A stretch of 64,000 nucleotides of DNA from Psammoneis japonica (GCA_008632985.1 QPGO01000011.1:372001-436000); one strand, 5' to 3'. Shown: positions 12,881 through 25,510, counted from the stretch's first letter. Numbers and translations are program-made. Notes: a model not told the origin generated them from the sequence alone.

Positions 12881-13789
12881 ATGAAACTATTATTTTCCTA
12901 TCTGGGGGAGACACTGCACTCTTTGAATCCTTTACTATTAGATACTCCACCAGCTCAGGAAGGAAGCCCGCGGGATGTCTGTTACAATGGTGTGCTTTGT
13001 GGCGATCTTCAAGACGGAATTCGCCCTAACGTTGCAACGTGGTATATTTCTCCAGAACAGCACGTAAAGGAGTCACTCTTGGCTCTGGTCCTGTTTGGAA
13101 CGATCTTGTTCCTTGTGAAACCAGTACTGTCAAAGGCTGCTTCTCAGAATGCTCAGAATCAGAATGCTATTCAACATCCATTCTTTATGAAACCGCTTGT
13201 TTTCTTTTGCTTTGGAATGCAAACGTGGTACAAGCTTCAAGGCCACACTGGAAAAATATTCTTCATGATGGTACCCTGTAACATGATTTGGGCTCTTAAC
13301 ATGATTCTATGCTTTGGACCCTCGTCTTGGCAACGGACTTCCCTTGAACTGGTTTACAGCTACATTGGCTTGGCATTTATTGCGGTTGCCTCTCCCGATA
13401 CCAAGGACTGTATTCTGCCGGGGGAGAGCGTATTTTTCTACTTTCATCACACCATGCTACTCTTGATTCCCTTTGTGTACATTTGGAACGGTAGCTGTAC
13501 AATAAAAACGTCCCTTTCCACTCATGTTTGTTGGTGGCTGACGGCGTGCAGCTTTTTCGCCATTTTTTACTTTCCAATCATTACACTATTCAGTGTCAAG
13601 ACGGGTCTCAATCTCAATTATATGATGCACCCGCCACCCACTCAAGATGTTTTGCAAGGCGAGGCATATCGACAAGTTTCGACTGCTTGTTGCGCCATGC
13701 TCTTTGCCGTGTCGCGATTGATTGTGTGGATGGTCGAATTGCTGATTACCAAATCAGCGATTCGAGTAAAGGTCGTAAAGAGAGCTTGA
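12881..13789 (+). CDS. TMEM164-family multi-pass membrane protein
   Basis: Several hydrophobic helices. FFMMVPCN, FYFHHTMLLLIP and GLNLNYMMHPP resemble TMEM164 conserved blocks. First ATG at 12881. Confidence 0.75.
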   Translation: MKLLFSYLGETLHSLNPLLLDTPPAQEGSPRDVCYNGVLCGDLQDGIRPNVATWYISPEQHVKESLLALVLFGTILFLVKPVLSKAASQNAQNQNAIQHPFFMKPLVFFCFGMQTWYKLQGHTGKIFFMMVPCNMIWALNMILCFGPSSWQRTSLELVYSYIGLAFIAVASPDTKDCILPGESVFFYFHHTMLLLIPFVYIWNGSCTIKTSLSTHVCWWLTACSFFAIFYFPIITLFSVKTGLNLNYMMHPPPTQDVLQGEAYRQVSTACCAMLFAVSRLIVWMVELLITKSAIRVKVVKRA

Positions 13790-14128
13790 GAATATTGATT
13801 GGTTTGGAAGATGTCTATTTTTACGGTGAATTGGCAGGAGATACTTCAACTACGCTTTGAACAGCTGTCGCAACAACTGAACTGAACGTGCTCTCTAGAG
13901 AGAGTATTGAATCTTCTTTAGAGGTTCGTTTCCCACAATAGACTAAACTATAGACTCTAGACCAATTGTAATCCCAAGAGAAGCATTTGCTTTTGGGTTA
14001 GAGGAATGGGACTAGGAGGTAGTTGTCTTCAAGGATTTCGCCTCTTTTGTTTGGTGTCCGTCTGTCCACCCTTTTCCCTCCTAAGTTTTCCTCATGATGT
14101 GAGGCCATGACGATGTTGCGTTGGTTGC

Positions 14129-15346
14129 ATGGAAAACAACGCCCCCTTTGAGCCACTGCTTGCTATCGACAATACAACGCCTCCCTCTTACTCACGTATT
14201 CAGATGCACAACATGTTATCACGCCAACCTCTGATCCTGTTGCTGTCGACGCTGCTACTACACCTGCTTTTCACAGCACATGCTCGGCACACTTCGAATC
14301 ATGCTTTGATTGTCTCGTCTTCTCGCTATTGGTTCAACTATCGACACGCCAACAACGCCTTTTTAATGTATGAGAAATGTTTGTCGTATGGAATTCCTAA
14401 GGAAAACATTATTCTTATGGTCGCGGATGATTACGCCACGAATCCTCGAAATCCCGTAAAGAACAGCATGTTGTGGCAAGGCCAATCCCTCTACAATGCA
14501 TCCACTGAAATTCACTATCGCGGTGACGATGTTACAGTTCATAATGTACTCAAGGTCTTATTGGGAAAAGGAGAGAAGAATGTCTTGCAAACCAATCATG
14601 AATCCAACGTTTTGGTATACTGGACAGGCCACGGTGGAGACCAATTCTTCAAGTTTCAAGACTATGAAGAAATCACAGCCAAGGACATTCGAAATGTGTT
14701 TCTACAGATGCATCGCTTACAAAAGTACAATGAACTCTTGTTTCTAGTTGATACGTGCCAAGCCTTTACTCTTGCGAATGAACTGGACGACGTGCCCAAT
14801 GTTTATGCCATTGGAAGTTCGCTCAAGAATGAGAATTCCTATGCACACCACTCGGACAGGCAATTGGGACTCAGTGTCATTGAACGATACACTCATGTGC
14901 TGATTCAACATTTGGACCAGTACGGATTGAATACTCCCCTAAAGCAAACCATGGTGGACCTCATGAATCAACCACAGTATCGACGTGTCTTGGGGTCAAC
15001 TGTTGGTTACAAACAAGGCAAAGATTGTCGTCGAGATGGAAACCAAATACCCTTGTCTGATTTCTTTGGTCGACCTGAGATTCAAAGTGAAACTCAACTG
15101 AGCAAGTCTTCAATGCCATCTTCTGTGTTGGATGCCTTTTCATTCAGCGTGGCGTCTTTCAATGCCACTACTTTTGTTCAAGAGGCAAGTAGTGCCGATG
15201 CGCTGCCACCCTCTGACGACGACAACTCGAAAACGCAGCCCAATCAGAGCGAGCGATTTCATGGTATCGATCCGTCAGATATCCAGTTTGTTACGTTAAT
15301 CTTGGCATTTGTCGCTGCGGTGGTGTGGTGCTCGGAACGTTGGTAA
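14129..15346 (+). CDS. GPI8: GPI-anchor transamidase catalytic subunit (peptidase C13; Gpi8/PIG-K)
   Basis: SSRYWFNYRH, YWTGHGGDQFFKFQD (catalytic His), DTCQA (catalytic Cys), signal peptide and C-terminal TM. True start may be 14204. Confidence 0.95.
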   Translation: MENNAPFEPLLAIDNTTPPSYSRIQMHNMLSRQPLILLLSTLLLHLLFTAHARHTSNHALIVSSSRYWFNYRHANNAFLMYEKCLSYGIPKENIILMVADDYATNPRNPVKNSMLWQGQSLYNASTEIHYRGDDVTVHNVLKVLLGKGEKNVLQTNHESNVLVYWTGHGGDQFFKFQDYEEITAKDIRNVFLQMHRLQKYNELLFLVDTCQAFTLANELDDVPNVYAIGSSLKNENSYAHHSDRQLGLSVIERYTHVLIQHLDQYGLNTPLKQTMVDLMNQPQYRRVLGSTVGYKQGKDCRRDGNQIPLSDFFGRPEIQSETQLSKSSMPSSVLDAFSFSVASFNATTFVQEASSADALPPSDDDNSKTQPNQSERFHGIDPSDIQFVTLILAFVAAVVWCSERW

Positions 15347-15620
15347 TCGAAACAGCAGCGCGCCCGATTCATACTTCAACTCACAGGACGCGTTAATGCT
15401 TATGCAACCTCTATCGATCATATCAGATGGTGGAACCGCATCTGCAGGTGGGGTACAGCAGGTTAGCTCTTCTCCGTCTGCTTCTGAACCCGAGCACTCC
15501 AATCTATTCTGGCCAACATGCGTTCGTCACGCATCTGTATGAGACTACTTCTCTAGCTCTAGAGAGATGCGTCCACGCACGTTATGAAATGTTATCAACT
15601 GTCTTTATTAGACTTATATT

Positions 15621-16235
15621 TCAACCTTGTTTTGATTTTTCCTTTGCCGACACTTGCTCGTCAGCCAGCACAATCTTTGACGAAATTGTAGACATGACGC
15701 GATAATGACGATCCACGAGCAAATCAATTCTGGTCGCCACTTGGTCGGTGCGTGCTTTAATGTCTGCCAATTGAAACGATAGCACATCCAACCGTCGTTC
15801 GTCTTCAAGAGAAATAGTACCACTAGGCAAGGCCACAATGGGTGCTTGTGTTACCTGGTCTTGCCGTAGCTTAGCGTTGTCTGCTTTGGAGGATGAAATT
15901 GACAAGAGACTGCAAATCGTCGAGAGCTGTTCCATGTCACTTTTCATTGAATCACAGGACGCCAAGACTTCTTGGAGTCTCATGAGAAAGGGGGCATTCT
16001 TTTTGGCCTTGTGATAGTGCAGAGTCGAGAGTTGATCCATGGCTGTCGCGGATTCAAGAGCGGAATCATCGGGAGCGAGACTTTTCCATTCGGATAGGAG
16101 GGCATCTAATCGATTAGACACGCTTGAAGAGATGGTTTCATCTGGAGTTCCCACCTTAGACTCCAACGACATGAGTCTCGCCTCCATGGACTGCGATGAA
16201 TGGGATGCAAAGCCGTCGGACATTGTTGCTGTCAT
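15621..16235 (-). CDS. Coiled-coil protein, possibly dynactin p22/DCTN3-like
   Basis: Intact ~204-aa ORF from MTATMSDG. N-terminal EARLMSLESKVG and C-terminal LLVDRHYRVMSTISSKIVLADEQV weakly recall DCTN3. Confidence 0.55.
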   Translation of the reverse strand: MTATMSDGFASHSSQSMEARLMSLESKVGTPDETISSSVSNRLDALLSEWKSLAPDDSALESATAMDQLSTLHYHKAKKNAPFLMRLQEVLASCDSMKSDMEQLSTICSLLSISSSKADNAKLRQDQVTQAPIVALPSGTISLEDERRLDVLSFQLADIKARTDQVATRIDLLVDRHYRVMSTISSKIVLADEQVSAKEKSKQG

Positions 16236-16307
16236 GCCATGGTCTTCTTTCTCTGTGTCGTACCTATCGTCGCGTCGTTCGTCTTCCGGCGGCCTGACTG
16301 TCTGTCT

Positions 16308-17375
16308 GGGACACACGGCATTTTGTCGCATTTGGCGACATTTTCTTAAATGAATTGATGATTTGTCGCGAAAAGACGCGAATTGCGACAAAATGTCCGG
16401 GTTGGCGATAAACGGGACAGAAACATTGTTTAATTAAGTTATGAAATGCTTAATGTCATTTATAACCAACCTGATTTTTGGCGATGTCGTTTCAATAAGT
16501 GGGGTAATTAACAGAATTTGGCGATCGATGTCATCGACGAAAATTCATCCGACAAAATTTGTCGTATACGACAAAATTTGTCGTATCCGACAAATTTTTT
16601 GTCGGATGTCCGACAAAATTTGTCGGCATACGACACGACACGACAAGACACGACACGACACGACAAGACAAGACACGACACGACACGACACGACACGTCA
16701 CGACACGACGACTCACGAACGAAACACCCACGCCCCCCGCACACGCTAACCGCTAACGTCTCCGTTGACACTACCGGTATGTCTCTTTTGCGCGATGATG
16801 CAAAGCGACGATCATGCCGCTCTCGGCGGTCTCCATACTCTCGTCAATACCGGGACAACATCGTACACTTCTACATAGTGCAACGGAATGTACCGGTATG
16901 TATGTATTGCTGTACTGTACCTTTTATCAGTACGACTGGGCACTTCTGAATGTTGGGGAGCGTTGCGTTATCGGTATGTCGCAAACGTCCGTCTGTCGGC
17001 GTTTGTCGGCTCTTGTCGGCTCTTGTCGGCGTTTGTCGTACGTTGTCGGGGTTTGTCGGGGCTTGTCGGGGTTTGTCGGGGCTTGTCGGGGTTTGTCGGG
17101 GTTTGTCTGTCGTATCCGACAAAATTTGTCGTACGTACGACAAAATCGCCAAAACATTAATTAATAAGTACAGTCTTCGCCGAAAGTTAAATTCATCATA
17201 TAGCACTGTAGTTGATATAACGTGTGTGTTTAGGACACGCCATCGCCAATTAAATGATGATTTTGTCTTATTTATCGCCAACGGTTGAAATTTGTCTCAA
17301 AGGGCGTTTTTCACGACAAATCGTCCAATTCATTTATGGGAATGTCGCAATTGGCGACAAAATGCCGTGTGTCCC
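16308..17375. mobile_element. MITE / non-autonomous DNA transposon with ~125-bp imperfect TIRs and internal simple repeats
   Basis: Ends GGGACACACGGCATTTTGTCGC / GCGACAAAATGCCGTGTGTCCC. Internal CGACAAAATTTGTCG palindromes, (ACACG)n at ~16630-16710 and a 10-bp GTCGGGGYTT array at ~17000-17105. Right end abuts the N gap. Confidence 0.85.
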
Positions 17376-18202
17376 NNNNNNNNNNNNNNNNNNNNNNNNN
17401 NNNNNNNNNNNNNNNNNNNNNNNNNNNNNNNNNNNNNNNNNNNNNNNNNNNNNNNNNNNNNNNNNNNNNNNNNNNNNNNNNNNNNNNNNNNNNNNNNNNN
17501 NNNNNNNNNNNNNNNNNNNNNNNNNNNNNNNNNNNNNNNNNNNNNNNNNNNNNNNNNNNNNNNNNNNNNNNNNNNNNNNNNNNNNNNNNNNNNNNNNNNN
17601 NNNNNNNNNNNNNNNNNNNNNNNNNNNNNNNNNNNNNNNNNNNNNNNNNNNNNNNNNNNNNNNNNNNNNNNNNNNNNNNNNNNNNNNNNNNNNNNNNNNN
17701 NNNNNNNNNNNNNNNNNNNNNNNNNNNNNNNNNNNNNNNNNNNNNNNNNNNNNNNNNNNNNNNNNNNNNNNNNNNNNNNNNNNNNNNNNNNNNNNNNNNN
17801 NNNNNNNNNNNNNNNNNNNNNNNNNNNNNNNNNNNNNNNNNNNNNNNNNNNNNNNNNNNNNNNNNNNNNNNNNNNNNNNNNNNNNNNNNNNNNNNNNNNN
17901 NNNNNNNNNNNNNNNNNNNNNNNNNNNNNNNNNNNNNNNNNNNNNNNNNNNNNNNNNNNNNNNNNNNNNNNNNNNNNNNNNNNNNNNNNNNNNNNNNNNN
18001 NNNNNNNNNNNNNNNNNNNNNNNNNNNNNNNNNNNNNNNNNNNNNNNNNNNNNNNNNNNNNNNNNNNNNNNNNNNNNNNNNNNNNNNNNNNNNNNNNNNN
18101 NNNNNNNNNNNNNNNNNNNNNNNNNNNNNNNNNNNNNNNNNNNNNNNNNNNNNNNNNNNNNNNNNNNNNNNNNNNNNNNNNNNNNNNNNNNNNNNNNNNN
18201 NN
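17376..18202. other. Assembly gap (N run)
   Basis: 827 N bases. Confidence 1.
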
Positions 18203-20100
18203 GGTGCTTTGAAATGTCCCTCATGAGCAGAGCTTCTGACTGCACTGCTGTCACTTGTTTTTAGAGTGGATCACATTTTTGTGGTGTGAATTTGCTGGCT
18301 CAGCATGTTGCTGGTTGGGTGACATTGTCATCATGAGGAAGAACTCAGCACGGCTCTTTTTGGAGAGATGCTGGAACAGCTTTTTGTGGAGTCTGGGTGG
18401 TGCTCCTGTGATGTGGAAACATGAGCCACCTGGTGCTCCTGTGTGAACCTGCATAGTTTGAGCACAGTTGCCTCCCACTGACTCAGCATCTGAAATCTTG
18501 TCATCACCCCATGCCCCTTGCATTCCTGCACATGTGTCAACAGGCATTCCTGCGCCCGATCGCACCACTGTCAATTGATTGGTGCATGGCCTGGAGCCTC
18601 CCAATGTTGCGGCACAACCCCCTCCTGCAGACATGCAGCAGTTGTTGACTGTCCCATGGTTGGCGCCCAAACAATGAAGAGGACTTGAGGACATTGGCAT
18701 GGTGTGCGAAGAGCCAAAAGAAATGCATTGGAAGAGAACTGCCGCACTTTGCAAGCTGGGTCAGGCAAGCCACAAGCAGTGGATTCATGTCACTTGCACT
18801 CACTTTGTTCAACCTGATCTTGACATGGGCCAGGTGTCTGACATGCACCATGCTGCTGTCCAATTTTGTCAGAAGGGTGACATCAAATTTGATGTCTGTC
18901 TTCCAAGTCAGAATCACAGCAATGACAGCCTTCACATTGTTGATGAGGGATGCCTCATCCTTGATCAAATGGATTTTATGGCCCTGTCCAAGAAAGCCAG
19001 TGAAAATCCAGCTGATTGTTCCTCCTCTGCTGGCGACATTTGGAGAGCACTGGGCTTGTGCACAGATTGTGGCTGCACTTCTGGTTTTGAAAATTGGGAG
19101 ACGAAAGACATGTCTGCAATCAAGGCAGCAATCAAAGCAGAGGTGGAAGAGGGCCAACAATGAGATTGCGTTGAGTGACGGTTTTTTCATTGCACAAAAA
19201 TTGGAGACTGGCTCTGGAGCACATTGTGAGTGTTGTTGCTTTTGCGAACACAGTGCATGCTTTTTGGTGGGGACCACAGCACAGACATGGTGGTGGAGGG
19301 GGGTGCAGAGTGAATTGAGTGTGTCCGAGCATGGAAGATGTGTGTCACATGATGCGAACTTGTGAACCTGCAAAAATTTTAGATGACTTCGACCAACAGG
19401 AAATCGTGCCAGAATTTTGAGCAGAGGGCGTGGATGTGGAAATGCATGGGGGGAACATGCACGTGTGTGGGCAGGCATGTCAGCACGCCATCGTTGGGCC
19501 TGGCATGTGCTTGATTTGCGACCCAGCCCGTGAACAATGTTGCTTTTTCCCAGAAGAGTTGAGGCAAACACTCCGCCATGCCCAGCCTGACACAGATGGG
19601 AATGGACCATGCCAAAGCCTGCTGCAGCAATGTGAGGTGAGAGATGAGTGAGTGAGATGAGAGGCAATTGAAAAATGCTGGCAGAAGTTGTGGCTTGTTG
19701 TTCCTGATGCAGGGACAAGAGGTGTTGGCTCCAACACAGAACAATGTGCCAGGAACAACCGTGATGCAACACGGAGGTGGGCCAGTTGCAACAGGCGGGG
19801 CTCTTGCCACATTGAGCACAGAAGACTGGATGATGAGTGAAAAAAGAAAGAAGAAGCAGTGCAACAAAAAAATGAACAGCAGGGACAAGATTGTTCTGAA
19901 GAACTGCTGCAAGAACACCTTGTTCAGACAACACAAGTTTCTGAACAAAAAGGACATCAACAACAGCAATGGGAGGGTTGCAAGCACTGTGCTGTTCAAA
20001 ATCAACATGCCCCAAGAAAAGAGAGCTTGATTTTGGGAAACATTGAAGGATGAGGTGTGAAGGCAGATGACAAGAAAGAGGAACAATGCAAGTGGGGAAC
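18203..20100 (+). mobile_element. Decayed repeat family B, unidentified coding remnant
   Basis: ~18640-18840 (MVCEEPKEMHWKRTAALCKLGQASH) matches ~50740-50950 on the minus strand (MVCEEPKQLRWKRASALCKLGQASH). TpA-depleted. Confidence 0.55.
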
Positions 20101-20311
20101 TCAAGAAAGAGATGCGCCCCAGCTCTTGGGTGGCACCTCGTGCTGCTGCACTGTGACATCAAGAGTTTTTTGGATCTCGTGGCATGTCGCGCACGCAGAT
20201 TTCTGCGTGTGACATTCTACGAAATTGTTTCATGCTTGCCACTTTGCGAAGCCAAAGGCTTTCTATTTTCAACATTCATGAGAATGAAAATGCTCTGGGC
20301 ATGTTTTTTAA

Positions 20312-21872
20312 GGATGGATCTACGTGCTGCGGTCTGTTTTTTGGGAGCTCGCAATTTTCATAAAAATGACCCGGATGCATCGCAGCAAATGCACGCGCGT
20401 TCGCAAAAAAAAAATCAGCGATCGGCCGAACTTTGTCCGTTCGCCAGACACCCCAGAATGCTCAAACGACAGGTGTGACCATGCGCAACTTTCACCATGA
20501 CGACTGCAGACATGACGCGTTCCAGGTCCAGGTGGGACCTCGCACCACTGAACTGTGACATCGACAGTTTTTTGAATCGCGTCGCATGTCGCGCACGTGC
20601 ATTTCTACGTGATTTTGGCGAAATTTTGCATCATTTTATGGCACAATCATCAGGCAATCCATTCAACAACTTTTAACATTTTTTTCTTCTACGCCATTCT
20701 CGAGTGTCTTAAGAATGGCGCAGGGCAGGCGCGTTGTCCAAAACTTTGAGTGCGAACAGAGACACATGCACTGCAAACTTGGCCGTTTGTTTTATGTCGA
20801 AGACAAACATGTCCATTGACCAGAGTACAAACTACAGAGCTCGCACGTAGAATTCTACGGGGCAAATGTCACAAAAAGTCCCACCTGGGACTGGAACCCG
20901 TCACATGTCCATGGCCAGTCAAATGCCACTTGTCGGCATTTCCCGGAAAGTCGCCGCCAATCTCCCACAAGAAGCCCGATTTTAGCAAAATTTGGCGGTT
21001 TTTTTGACCTGACAACAGGGCACAGGTCGTCAAGTGGCATTTGAAGCACTGAGTGTGCAGCTCTCACAGCCATCTGACAGCCCCTGTGAGGGTTTGATGA
21101 ACGCGCGAGTGTTCGGGGGTGTTCCGAGGCAGGTCAAAATGACACGATGAAGTGCGGGAAATGCGAGCTATTTTAAATTAGACCGCAGCATGTGGATGCT
21201 GTGAGAGCTGCACATTCAGCACTTCAAATGCCACCCAACGACCCATGCGCTGTTGTCAGGTCAAAAAAACCGCTGATTTTTGCTAAAATCGGGCTTCTTG
21301 TGGGAGATTGGTGGTGACTTTCCGGGAAATGCCGACAAGTGGCATTTGACTGGCCATGGACATGTCTGCAGTCATCAAGGTAAAAGTCTCGCATGGCCAC
21401 ACCTGTGGTTCAAGCATTCTTGACGAACGCGTGAGTGTTCGGGGGTGTTCCGAGGCAGGTCAAAATGACACGGTGAAGTGCGGGAAATGTGAGCCATTTT
21501 AAATTAGACCGCAGCACGTAGATGCCATAAGAGCTGCACATTCAGCGCTTCAAATGCCCTGTTGTCAGGTTGAAAAAACCGCCAATTTTCGCTAAAATCG
21601 GGCTTCTCATGGGAGATTGGCAGTGACTTTCCGGGAAATGCCGACAAGTGGCATTTGACTGGCTGTGGACATGTCTGCAGTCATCAAGGTAAAAGTCGCG
21701 CATGGTCACACCTGTCGTTTGAGCATTCTAGGGTGTCTGGCGAACGGACAAAGTTCGACCGATCGCTGAAATTTTTTGAGCAAATGCACGCGCATTTGCT
21801 GCAACACATCCGGGTTGTTTTTATAAAAATTACGAGCTCCCAAAAAACAGACCACAGCATGTAGATCCATCC
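20312..21872. mobile_element. Non-autonomous DNA transposon, Kolobok-like (TTAA TSD, GG...CC ends), ~200-bp TIRs, internal duplications and a nested family A end
   Basis: TTAA|GGATGGATCTACGTGCTGCGGTCTG... and ...CAGACCACAGCATGTAGATCCATCC|TTGA. 20312-20513 is inverted relative to 21670-21872. Tandem ~320-bp units at ~21100-21420 and ~21425-21720. Confidence 0.75.
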
Positions 21873-21899
21873 TTGATGATGTGCTCCAAGTGTGAAGGA

Positions 21900-24330
21900 G
21901 GAGGTGCGTTCGTAAAATTGCCTCTTTTTCTGTTGGCGATCACTCACATTTTCATTGCTTGCTCTGAATGAGATGCCAGAGGGGAGAGACAACATGAGTG
22001 CACACAGCCATTTCACCCTGCACTTCCTGCCAACAGTGGTGGGAAAGACCATGTGAAAGCACCAGCTCAAGTCAAGACATTGCTTGAACAAGTTGGTGTT
22101 GGCAAGCAACAAGAGATTTGGCCTGCTGGTTTTGGAGAACAGCTGGAACAAATGGGCGCACATCAAAGGAAAAGAGAAGAGCTGAAGGAAGCCAAGAAGG
22201 AGGGGCCAACTCCAGAGGCAAAGGCACCAAAATTGAAAATGAAGCATGTGGGTGTCACTCCCCCCATTGAGTGTGGTGAGACCCCAAATGCAACGAGCCC
22301 AAAATCCACATTAAAAATGAAAGACAGCCCCAAATTTTGTCAAATTGCCCCTGGGTAAATTGTTCCCCCCTCTGATGCGTGTCATTGAAAAATTTCTTGA
22401 CAACACAATGACAAATGCTCAGTGGATGAAAAATGAGCAAGGCTGTCAATTGAACAGAAATTGAGGATGGCTGGGTGAATGAAAACAACAACTCCTCCTC
22501 ACTGCTGTCCAAACAGCAGACGAGCACCTGTGCAGAGACCATTGCAGGAGCCAAAAGACTGGTGTCGTGACATTGGTGCTGCTGTTGTTGTTTTTGTGAG
22601 CCAAATGGCTTGAAAGCAAGCTGCACCATGCATCACGCATGAAACTGAGAGCACACACAATTGTGCACAACAAACTAAAATCTTGTTCAAATCCTGTCAA
22701 ACCCCCCTTGATTGACTTGGGGTGTGTGCCAAGTGCCCTGAGTTTTGAGACTCCAGGCAGTTTGATGCCCATCAGCAACAACACATGCTTTGCATGGTGG
22801 ACTCTGGCTTCCAGGCATTGACTGTCCTTGAAAATGCCAAGAGCATCAGCAAATGACAAGGTGGATCTGGAGGCTCCCTGAAAATGTTGCAAGAGCAAGA
22901 AGAAGAGGTGAGGTGTGTGTCCCAAGTGGTGGCCACATGACCCTGGACACACCCCTGAAACAAAAGTGGGCACAGGCACCAGCTCACAAACTCAGCTGCC
23001 ATGCAAAGCAAATGGCTGAGATGATGGTGGCCCCCCAGCATTTGTCAAGCACACTGTGCATGCCACTCTGCACAAGAAAACAGCATTGAGTGCTCTGCCG
23101 TTCCCCGCTGGTCCACGCCATGAACTTGAGTGCTGCCCTGGAAGGGGGGGGGGGCACCTCTTTCCATTGGTTGAAGCAGCTCATCAAAGCAGGGTTCTTT
23201 CCTGACTTTGTTCTCTGCCCTGGTGGTCATGGCTCTGTGCCAAAACAAATGAGGAGCAAACTCCACACACCGTGCTGCACAGAGATCAAGAGCCCCATGT
23301 GAAATCAAGCCCAAGTCAAATCCACCTGAATGTTGTCCAACATCCTGACAGAAGAAAGCTCAGTTGAAATGCCCCATCTTTGACCTTCATCCACTCACAT
23401 CTTGAAAGGCTCAAAACCTGTCATGACACCCCGCTGCTCCACCTTCTGCATGAGATGATTGATCCAAACAAGTGGCTCAACTCCCAACGGTGCAGTGTGA
23501 CCACCACAATGAAGAACAAAAGAGTTTCGTCAATGTTCCCTGTGAAGCTTGAAATGCCTGCCCAACCAGCAGGACTCCAATGTGCAGATTGAGGCAAGCC
23601 ACGCTCATCTGCTGGCCAGCAAAAATCATGCCTCCCCACTTTGTTTTTGGCTTGGCTCTGCACCAGGTTCAGTTTTTGGGTCAGACAAAATGAGAGCCAA
23701 CACATGGTTGCACCAGAAAAAACTGTTTGAAAATTGAGATGCTGGCTGTGTGTGTTGAGCAGCTGCCAAGTGGAGCATTCATGCGAACGATGTGATCTGG
23801 GCACACAAACCAAAGCCACGCACTGCTTCTCATGACCATGGCCATGAACACTCTGCACAGTCCTGCACTTCTTCTGGCAGTCAGGCAGGACCACAGTGTT
23901 TTGCAAGCTTGCATCAAGAGCACTTTGTTGGTTTTCTTGTTCTGGCTCCACAGCGGGCACAAAGGGTCAGAGCACAATGATGCCATGTCTCACCTGCAGG
24001 GGCAGCTGCGCTGTCTGACCAATGCTGCAAAAGCTGGTGCTCAAGACAAGGCTTCAGCCACCATCACAATGCCGTCGCGGGTTTCATCAACAGCAGACAC
24101 AAGAACATTTTGGTGGAATTGTTCTCTGTGGCAGCAAAAGCGCCAAGAGACAAATGTTTGGTTGAGTGGGGAAGTGTGGCATGTCTCCAGTTTGCACATG
24201 GAGTGCATTGGTTGGGTGCTTTGCTCAACTGCCATCTTGTTTGGCAGCTTCACAGTTTCAGGGGCAGCGCGCAATTTTGAAGAAGGGCCACTGTTCTCTT
24301 CTCCAGTTTGCCTGTTCTCATGAAGAACGC
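21900..24330. other. Heavily mutated (TpA-free) sequence, probably a transposon remnant; family not recognised
   Basis: Near-absence of TpA and CpG; broken, Tyr-free ORFs. Confidence 0.35.
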
Positions 24331-25510
24331 AGCTGCGCTTTTGTGCTTGGCACATCATTGGAGGTGCCCAGACAAGCTGCTTCAAATCACATGATTTTGG
24401 CCTCCTCTGCACTTCCAACTCAAGCTTTGGGAGAAAGCATGCCCGGAAGTCCCGGACATGGGAGAAAAGTCCTCGTCATGTCCCACCCAGCTGCTGAAAG
24501 AAGGTGCCATTCATGCTCACAGTCAGATGGAGATGCGTCATCATGCTGTTTCATTCAGAAGGTGTGTGCATCAAAGCTGCTTCTGAAAATTCTCATCTTT
24601 GACAGCATCTTCATTGTTGATGCTCCTGAGGTCAAGAGCCAACAATCCACCCCAAACTTTGTCCTGCACCATCATTGATTGCACCCAAAAAGCAGCTTGC
24701 AGGAAGAAGACAAAAGAGAGCCTTGCATGCAGACCTGGACAGATGCCAGATTGCACCACTCTTCTTGGGACTTCAACCAATGCATTTGGGCAGGCTGCAA
24801 TGACAGCGTCAAACAGATCTTTGTCCCCCTCTGTCTTGGCATGCAGTGCAGGTGCCAACAGCAGAATGTTGTGAGGGCAAAGAACAAGTTGATTGCTGCT
24901 TGAGATGGATGAAGCAAGGCAGTTGATGTGGCATTGATTTCATGCGTGAGTTCAATCACTGCTTCTGCTGCACTGCTCTTTTCCATGTGGAGAGCTGTCT
25001 CCAATGCCCACTTGGCCTCTTGCAAAAGTGAAGCCAACCGGGGGTCACTTTGTTGCAACAATTCAAAAGCAGGAGACACCCACTCTGCTGCACCAATGCA
25101 CAGGACAATCGAGACAGGAACAAACAGTTGCAAGCATTGCTGAAGCCACAAAAGATAAACGATGATGCAATGCAAACCACCTTGGGGTGGCATGTCATCT
25201 GCAAGTGGCAACATTCAGTCTAAATGGTGCAGGTGCTTCAATTTGGTTTTTTGCGAAGAACAAGTTGATCGCGCTGGAGACAGACACGAGCTGTTTGCAG
25301 CGCCTGCTCGGCCTCTTGCACAAATGAAGCCGACCGGGGGGGTTGTTTTGTGACAATTCAAAAGCAAGAGGCATCCCCTCTACTGTACAGCATTGATGGT
25401 CAGGACAATCGAGACTGGAACAAACAGTTGCAAGCATTGCCAAAGCCACAAAAGAAAAATAATGACAGAAATCAAACCACCATAAGGTGGCATGTCATCT
25501 ACTTCAAATT
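24330..25510 (-). pseudogene. Decayed ankyrin-like or multicopy-family gene fragment with internal ~200-bp duplication
   Basis: ETALHM and DAVIAACPNAL (AYPxAL-like with Y->C). ~25010-25202 is duplicated at ~25310-25502. Confidence 0.4.

Noticed and set aside
16236..16391. N-terminal extension of the 256-aa minus-strand ORF
   Set aside because: It runs into the MITE terminal repeat from a non-ATG start; the first plausible ATG is 16235.
16540..17150. CRISPR-like array
   Set aside because: Short tandem and palindromic repeats without unique spacers, inside a eukaryotic TIR element; no cas genes.
17254..18264. Long X-containing ORFs
   Set aside because: They span the N gap.
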